NCBI GenBank assembly: GCA_964014485.1
Contig: CAXHAT010000217.1
Coordinates: 1-12,196 of the forward strand
DNA: 12,196 bases
Direction of reading: 5' to 3'
Source of the DNA: an uncultured Deferribacteres bacterium
Lineage (GTDB): Bacteria > Zhuqueibacterota > Zhuqueibacteria > Zhuqueibacterales > Geothermadaptataceae
Shown here: piece by piece, positions 6,825 through 12,196 of the stretch
Layout of the letters: every line of letters starts with the position of its first letter
How positions within the stretch are numbered: position 1 is the first letter of the stretch
Translations under genes and position numbers: made by a program
Notes under the pieces: generated by a model
The model's input: only the letters and a program-made list of their open reading frames with translations
Told to the model about the DNA's origin: nothing
Databases searched by the model: none

Positions 6825-6858
6825 CGTCGGCGTCTCAAGTAACGCTGCCGTTTTTTTT
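6825..6858 (+). terminator. Terminator-like hairpin with T8 tail
   Basis: CGTCGGCGT(6825-6833)/ACGCTGCCG(6842-6850) stem with one mismatch and one G-U pair, followed by TTTTTTTT. Confidence 0.45.
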
Positions 6859-6940
6859 ATCGACTTGATAGTACCTGGCGCGTTTAACCAGTAAAGCATT
6901 GATGATCCTGCATCAACTTAAAGGGAACCTGAGAAATCTA

Positions 6941-6969
6941 TTGTTTCGAAAAACGTTCCGTATTACATT
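6941..6969 (+). promoter_or_regulatory. Candidate sigma70 promoter of the TA operon
   Basis: TTGTTT-17 nt-TACATT. A palindrome TTGATG-N6-CATCAA lies just upstream at 6899-6916. Confidence 0.4.
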
Positions 6970-7001
6970 TTTTCATAGCAAAATATTTGCGGAGACATAA
7001 A

Positions 7002-7295
7002 ATGAAATATACGGTTTTGCTGACAAAATCAAACGGCAGCTTTCGTGCAACGGTCGCCGGGCTGCCCGATTGCAATGTAACTGCGCGAACGCGTAGTGAA
7101 GCGCTCAAAACCGTGCGCGAAGCAATTTCCGACTTAGTGCATCACAGTGAAGTCGTCGAAGTCGATGTTCCAGAGAAGCCAAAATCAGGTAATCTAAAGG
7201 AAACGACGCCCTGGGAGTGGGCTGGCGCTTTTAAAAACGATTCGACCTGGGGCGAGCTTTTTGATGAAATCGAAGCTCAGAGAAATTCTGCTTAA
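7002..7295 (+). CDS. HicB-family-like antitoxin, 97 aa
   Basis: MKYTVLL...FRATVAGLPDCNVTARTRSEALKTVREAI matches the HicB partial RNase H fold pattern. It has an acidic/aromatic C-terminal tail and RBS GGAG at 6991-6994. Confidence 0.75.
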   Translation: MKYTVLLTKSNGSFRATVAGLPDCNVTARTRSEALKTVREAISDLVHHSEVVEVDVPEKPKSGNLKETTPWEWAGAFKNDSTWGELFDEIEAQRNSA

Positions 7296-7310
7296 AACAA
7301 TTCTTTCCAA

Positions 7311-7730
7311 ATGTACTTGTGGGATTCAAACATTGTTAGGCATTTCGGAGAAGGGCACAAAAATCTTGTTACTCGTCTCCGAAAAATCCCGTGGATGGAA
7401 ATCGCATTGCCTTCCGTTGTTGTCGCTGAAATATTACGCGGACGATGCGATTATGCTTTGAAAGCGCCTCCAGAGCAACTCCCGCAAGCGCACGCCCTTC
7501 TTCTGGAAACAAAGCTGCTTTTGAACCAATTCAATGTTGTCGTTTTCGATGAAGATTGCCTGAAAGCGCTCGAAAGCTTGAAGCAAAAACACAAAATGCA
7601 TAAACGCTACGCCGACCTTGTTATTGCCGCAATTGCAAAATCCGGAGATCATATTATTGTTACGCGAAATGAAAAGGATTTTAAACGACTGCTTCCAAAA
7701 GCCCAAATTGTGAACTGGATCGACAATTGA
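7311..7730 (+). CDS. vapC: PIN-domain (VapC family) toxin
   Basis: YLWDSN, SVVVAEI, ADLVIAAIA and IVTRNEKDF carry the conserved PIN acidic residues. 139 aa, 15 nt downstream of the antitoxin. Confidence 0.9.
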   Translation: MYLWDSNIVRHFGEGHKNLVTRLRKIPWMEIALPSVVVAEILRGRCDYALKAPPEQLPQAHALLLETKLLLNQFNVVVFDEDCLKALESLKQKHKMHKRYADLVIAAIAKSGDHIIVTRNEKDFKRLLPKAQIVNWIDN

Positions 7731-7805
7731 CGTTGCTGGAAAAGCGTTGAGCATATCCAGCTTTTGTTCAAGGATACATTTTCTAACAATCCAAAATGAA
7801 CTTTT

Positions 7806-8378
7806 TCATTGATCAATTTCTCCGTCGTTTTCTTTTTTGCGCGCTCTAAAACTCCCGCCTTCCGCAAAACCGAGCCACTTAAAAGTCCATCGTTGCTTGC
7901 TGAAGGTTTCACGGTTGTGCCGCATAAACCCCTTCTTTTCGTGAAACCACAAAGCTGGACCCGCTGCGAAGAAATTGCTCTTCTTTTCGTTGCCGTATTC
8001 TCTGCCCAGGCCAAACTCTAAAATCTGCGCCATCCCGTCAATTTGGATTGTCTCATTTTCCGGAATACTGTCCAGATGTGAAAAGTGATTGTACCCGGCT
8101 AGCCCGGCATAACCCAATTTCAGAAAAAACCTGGGCTTTTCCTTTTTCATGTGGTAATTGACCGCCGCACCCCAGTTCACATAATGCGGCGCTCCGCCAA
8201 AACTCAACTCAGCGGAAAATTGATTGGAAACATAATAGCGGGCGCTAAAGACGACCAGACGAGGAATATGTCCGCTGACGCCAAACAAAAAAGCGCCTTT
8301 ATTTTGCGCGTACATTTCTCCGGCGGTTCCCATAAGCGCGGAAATAATCAAGGTCAAAAAAGTCTTTTTAAGCGGCAT
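7806..8378 (-). CDS. Hypothetical exported protein, possibly outer-membrane beta-strand rich
   Basis: Signal peptide (ending YA-Q) and RBS GGGGGTG upstream. Alternating Gly/aromatic strands: FSAELSFGG, WGAAVNYH, FFLKLGY, LEFGLG. Confidence 0.65.
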   Translation of the reverse strand: MPLKKTFLTLIISALMGTAGEMYAQNKGAFLFGVSGHIPRLVVFSARYYVSNQFSAELSFGGAPHYVNWGAAVNYHMKKEKPRFFLKLGYAGLAGYNHFSHLDSIPENETIQIDGMAQILEFGLGREYGNEKKSNFFAAGPALWFHEKKGFMRHNRETFSKQRWTFKWLGFAEGGSFRARKKENDGEIDQ

Positions 8379-8516
8379 GTTTCACCCCCATTGGATGAAT
8401 GAGCGTTCGCGAGGCTTGCCTGTTTTCCGCCTTTTTTTAATTGCGGTTGCGTCGCGCTTCGCGTAATCTTTGTTCCGAAAATAAGAAATCTGATTCGCAA
8501 AGCAACGACTAAAAAT

Positions 8517-9311
8517 ATGCAGCAATATCTTGATCTTCTGCGCCATGTTCGCGAGAACGGCGTTCAAAAAGGCGACCGAACGGGAACGGGCACGTTAAGC
8601 GTTTTTGGCTATCAAATGCGCTTCAAGCTGGCGGACGGTTTCCCGGCGGTGACGACGAAGAAACTCCACTTGCGCTCCATTATTCACGAACTGCTGTGGT
8701 TTTTGAAGGGCGACACCAACATCAAATATTTGAACGATAACGGCGTGACGATTTGGGACGAATGGGCGGATGAAAACGGCGAGTTGGGTCCAATTTACGG
8801 CTACCAGTGGCGTTCATGGCCAGCGCCGAACGGCGAAAGCATCGACCAAATTTCCTGGCTTATCAATGAAATCAAAAACAACCCCAATTCGCGGCGTTTG
8901 ATCGTTAGCGGGTGGAACGTGGCGGATATTGAAAAAATGGCCTTGCCGCCTTGCCACACGCTTTTTCAGTACTACGTCTCCGAAGGCAAGCTTTCCTGTC
9001 AGCTTTACCAGCGCAGCGCGGACGTTTTTCTCGGCGTGCCTTTTAACATTGCGTCCTACGCGTTGATGACGATGATGATCGCTCAAGCCGCCGATTTGGA
9101 GCCCGGCGATTTTGTCCACACGTTCGGCGATACGCATTTGTATTTAAATCATTTAGAGCAGGCTGACCTGCAACTCTCGCGAACGCCCTACCCCCTGCCC
9201 CGCATGCGCATCAATCCTGAAGTCAAAAATATTTTTGACTTTCGTTTTGAAGATTTTGAGTTGGAAGGCTACAAGTGCCACCCGGCCATCAAAGCTCCGA
9301 TCGCAGTTTAA
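8517..9311 (+). CDS. thyA: Thymidylate synthase
   Basis: 264 aa with [68 protein letters not shown] and C-terminal PIAV. Confidence 0.99.
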   Translation: MQQYLDLLRHVRENGVQKGDRTGTGTLSVFGYQMRFKLADGFPAVTTKKLHLRSIIHELLWFLKGDTNIKYLNDNGVTIWDEWADENGELGPIYGYQWRSWPAPNGESIDQISWLINEIKNNPNSRRLIVSGWNVADIEKMALPPCHTLFQYYVSEGKLSCQLYQRSADVFLGVPFNIASYALMTMMIAQAADLEPGDFVHTFGDTHLYLNHLEQADLQLSRTPYPLPRMRINPEVKNIFDFRFEDFELEGYKCHPAIKAPIAV

Positions 9312-9370
9312 TTACTGATGTTACGCAACTGGCCAATGATACGACATTTGACAAAAAACTTTGCTCTACG

Positions 9371-9444
9371 CGTCATTCCTCTGGAGACAGGAATCCAGGG
9401 GGCAGTGCACCATTTCCTGGATTCCTGCCTCCGCAGGAATGACG
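9371..9444. repeat. REP-like palindromic doublet (GTCATTCC...GGAATCCAG family)
   Basis: 29-nt arms 9371-9399 and 9416-9444 are inverted repeats with 3 mismatches and a 16-nt spacer. Each arm is itself an ATTCCT...AGGAAT hairpin. Confidence 0.85.
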
Positions 9445-9568
9445 TTGAAAAATGTTTTTGGGGCCAAACAGCCCTATTTCCAATTGCAACATTCGACTTG
9501 GCTGGAAACCAATCTACAACAGGCATTATTGGTGAGCGCGTAACATCAGTTAACAATTGGGGGAAGAA

Positions 9569-10057
9569 ATGCGACTCGCGCTGATTGCTGCAATGGATAG
9601 AAACCGCCTGATCGGCAAGAACAACGATTTGCCCTGGCGCTTGCCGGCGGACTTGCGTTGGTTCAAATCAACGACGATGGGCAAGCCGATTATCATGGGG
9701 CGTAAAACGCATGAATCGATTGGAAAAGCGCTGCCTGGACGGAAAAATATCGTCGTCACCAGAAACTCTGCGTTTGAAGCTGAAGGATGTGAAGTCGTTC
9801 ATTCGCTGAATGACGCTTTGGCCGCTTCAAAAGAGGCTGAAGAAGCTGTTGTTATCGGCGGGGCGGCGCTGTACCAAGAGGCGCTGCCAAAAGCGGAGAG
9901 GCTTTATCTCACTTTTGTCGACGCCGAGCTTGACGGCGACGTCTGGTTTCCTGAAATTAATTTTGACGAGTGGGTCGAAACGAAAAGAGACGCCTTTGCG
10001 CCTGATGAAAAGAATAAATTTCCGTATGCATTTGCTGTGTTCGACAGGAAAAAGTAA
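9569..10057 (+). CDS. folA: Dihydrofolate reductase, 162 aa
   Basis: LIAAM...IGKNNDLPWRLPADLRWFK, IIMGRKTHESIG, LPGRKNIVVT, VIGG, LYLT and GDVWFP. Downstream of thyA. Confidence 0.98.
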   Translation: MRLALIAAMDRNRLIGKNNDLPWRLPADLRWFKSTTMGKPIIMGRKTHESIGKALPGRKNIVVTRNSAFEAEGCEVVHSLNDALAASKEAEEAVVIGGAALYQEALPKAERLYLTFVDAELDGDVWFPEINFDEWVETKRDAFAPDEKNKFPYAFAVFDRKK

Positions 10058-10191
10058 ACTCAGCGCTTCGTAACAAAAGGCTATACATTTTATAGTCTGC
10101 ATTTTAGCTTCGAACGCTTCGATTCTTTCAAATTATTGTGACAAGACAAGGAACTAAAATAAATCGCCTATTCACGAAACGGGCGTTTATC

Positions 10192-11433
10192 ATGAAAAAA
10201 GCACCTCGGAGTTTGCGCTCCGGAAAAATCGTTGTTTCAATTCTCTCGTTGTTATGCTGCCTTTTGGCCGTGCATACGCAAGCACAAAACCAGACGGAGA
10301 ATCCGCCGGAATTTAACCCGCTTTTTGTCGATCCCGCTTCCAGAGATTTTTCCAGGAATCCCCCCTTGCTCGACCGCATCAAATCTAGCCCGCACGGTTA
10401 TTTTCGTTTTATTAATGCTCAATTCAGCAGTGAAGTTTGTGCGCGTCTTGAAGACATTTTGCACCGCTCATCGGCGTTCAACTTACACGGCGATGCACAC
10501 ATGGAGCAATACGCCATAACATCGCTCGGGCGCGGCATGACCGATTTCGACGATTCTTCAACCGGCCCGGCCGTGCTCGATCTTATTCGATTCGGCGTTT
10601 CCTTGCACCTGACCTGCCTCGCCAACAACTGGCAAGATTATTACGAAGAATTATTTGACGATTTTCTTTTCGGCTACCGCCGCGCGCTCGAAGACACAAG
10701 CTTCAAGCCGATTGAACCGACGCTTTCAAAAAAGATTCGCCAGGGATTCACAAGCAATCCAAAAGCTTTCTATGCCTGGGCCGATTCGAAGATGGAGCCT
10801 ATTCCGGAAACGGACAAAGCGGAACTCATCGAAGCGATGAAACCGTTCATCGAAATGATGCATCTGGAAGACCCGCGACGGTCGCCGGGTTACTTTCAAA
10901 TCGAAAAAATCGGCGCTCTGAAAATGGGCATCGGCAGCGCGCTGGACTTAAAATATTTAGTCCGATTTCGCGGCAACAGCGAAAAGCCGTTTGACGACGT
11001 CATCATCGAGATCAAGGAATTGCGCGACATCTCAGGCATCGATTGTATTATCAGTTGTCGGACGACGGACCCGTTTCGCGTTTTGCTGGGCAGCTCCCGC
11101 ATCGCCTACCAACCCTTTAAGCACCTGGGGTATTTTTTCTTTCGCGACAAATTCTTCTGGACGCACTCATGGGTTGAAAACTACAAGGAACTCGATGTTA
11201 GAGAATCCTTCGAAAGCGTCGAAATGTTGCGTGAAGTCGTCGCGGACGTTGGCGCGCAGTTGGGCAAAGGGCATGTCAAGCACATCGCTTCGCCCCTCGA
11301 CGTTCAGTTGAGACGCTTCCAACTGCTTTTTTTAACCAAGCACGAGCAGCGCATAAAACGCGTTTGTCGAGACTTGACGAATCTTACGATTGCCGGGTGG
11401 GAGCAATTTAAGAACGAGCTAATGAGCGAGTGA
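10192..11433 (+). CDS. DUF2252-like (kinase-like fold) protein with N-terminal signal peptide, 413 aa
   Basis: SSPHGYFR, LHGDAHMEQY, DFDDS, DLIRFGVSL, GIGS, IEIKE and GAQLGKGH resemble DUF2252 motifs. Hydrophobic leader ends at TQA-Q. Confidence 0.7.
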   Translation: MKKAPRSLRSGKIVVSILSLLCCLLAVHTQAQNQTENPPEFNPLFVDPASRDFSRNPPLLDRIKSSPHGYFRFINAQFSSEVCARLEDILHRSSAFNLHGDAHMEQYAITSLGRGMTDFDDSSTGPAVLDLIRFGVSLHLTCLANNWQDYYEELFDDFLFGYRRALEDTSFKPIEPTLSKKIRQGFTSNPKAFYAWADSKMEPIPETDKAELIEAMKPFIEMMHLEDPRRSPGYFQIEKIGALKMGIGSALDLKYLVRFRGNSEKPFDDVIIEIKELRDISGIDCIISCRTTDPFRVLLGSSRIAYQPFKHLGYFFFRDKFFWTHSWVENYKELDVRESFESVEMLREVVADVGAQLGKGHVKHIASPLDVQLRRFQLLFLTKHEQRIKRVCRDLTNLTIAGWEQFKNELMSE

Positions 11434-11436
11434 TCC

Positions 11437-12072
11437 ATGGGCGTATCGATACATTACCGCGGGGCGCTGCAGGAGCCGTTGCAGGTTTTCGCACTTTGCG
11501 AAGATTTAGAAGACGTCGCCGCAAGCATGGGGTGGGATTGCACAAAGCTCAACGAAGATTGGACGAGGCCGAATACCGCTCAACTTGAGCATAACGAAAC
11601 AGGCCCCGAAATTACCGGCCACCTCCCCCTTAAAGGCGTTTCACTAAACGTCCATCCGGAATGTGAATCCGTCTCGTTTTTTTTCGATTCTGAAGGCAAA
11701 CTGCAAGACGTGATGACGATGATGATGGTTCGGGACGGCGCAATTGACCCGGAGCACGCCTACGTCCACGTCAAGACCCAATTTGCCTCGCCCGAAACGC
11801 ACATCACGATTGTGAAACTCCTGCGTTACTTGAAGAAAAAGTATATTCCGGATTTGGAAGTTATGGACGAAGGCGAGTATTGGGAAACGGGCGATCAGGA
11901 AAACCTTTATAAAAAAATGCAATTCATCGCCGATAAGATCGACATGGTCGCCAACGCTCTCTCTGAAAGCGATCTCATTGACGCATCGGAAATGACTGAC
12001 GAAGAAGTCGCCGAAAAAATCGAAAAAGTACTCAAGGAAAAGCTCGGGACGGGCAATCAACCGGAAAAATGA
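11437..12072 (+). CDS. Hypothetical protein (acidic, 211 aa)
   Basis: Long ORF starting 3 nt after the previous stop, with protein-like composition and motif-like segments MGVSIHYRG, HPECES, VKTQFA and DEGEYWETGD. No function recognised. Confidence 0.75.
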   Translation: MGVSIHYRGALQEPLQVFALCEDLEDVAASMGWDCTKLNEDWTRPNTAQLEHNETGPEITGHLPLKGVSLNVHPECESVSFFFDSEGKLQDVMTMMMVRDGAIDPEHAYVHVKTQFASPETHITIVKLLRYLKKKYIPDLEVMDEGEYWETGDQENLYKKMQFIADKIDMVANALSESDLIDASEMTDEEVAEKIEKVLKEKLGTGNQPEK

Positions 12073-12090
12073 AAATGGAGTGGCGGGGTG

Positions 12091-12196
12091 ATGGAGTAAT
12101 GGAGTAATGGAGTAATGGAGTAATGGAGTAATGGATTTATGTTCCATCATTCCATCATTCCATCATTCCATCATTCCATCATTCCATCATTCCATC
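12091..12196. repeat. Inverted octamer tandem repeats (ATGGAGTA)x5 then (TTCCATCA)x6+, running to the window end
   Basis: Five exact ATGGAGTA at 12091-12130 plus a partial copy, and six exact TTCCATCA at 12142-12189 plus a partial copy. The two units are imperfect reverse complements. Confidence 0.95.

Noticed and set aside
8441..8469. Possible thyA promoter TTGCGG-17-TAATCT
   Set aside because: The match to consensus is too weak to report as a feature.
9308..9584. Short ORFs on both strands between thyA and folA
   Set aside because: These are translations of the palindromic repeat (VIPLETGIQ, LDSCLRRND, WIPASAGMT), typical spurious ORFs.
11644..12150. 168-aa minus-strand ORF with HYSITPLL repeats
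   Set aside because: It is an antisense shadow of 11437-12072 starting in the octamer repeat.
12091..12196. CRISPR array or telomere-like repeat
   Set aside because: The 8-nt units have no spacers, there are no cas genes, and the context is ordinary bacterial intergenic DNA.

Overview
Bacterial genomic window of roughly 50% GC. The left part (490-3782, + strand) is a thiol/redox gene cluster. It encodes an MddA-like membrane methyltransferase, an OsmC-family protein, a class I SAM methyltransferase, an exported TlpA/peroxiredoxin-like thioredoxin-fold protein and a stand-alone exported DsbD N-terminal domain. The ORF track splits the thioredoxin-fold gene in two at an in-frame TGA (2941-2943). 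That TGA sits at the first Cys position of the redox motif (W-U-P-F-C) and is followed 11 nt later by a SECIS-like hairpin, so the gene is very likely a selenoprotein. Upstream lie a candidate sigma54 promoter with repeated enhancer-like 12-mers and a REP/MITE-like palindromic element. Next come a convergent minus-strand operon (MBL-fold hydrolase, lipoprotein alpha/beta hydrolase, ROK kinase) and a hybrid HicB-like/PIN (VapC) toxin-antitoxin pair. The right part holds an exported hypothetical protein, thyA and folA separated by a REP-like palindrome, a DUF2252-like protein with a signal peptide, a hypothetical protein and inverted octamer tandem repeats at the window edge. All family calls come from motif recognition by eye; no database searches were run.
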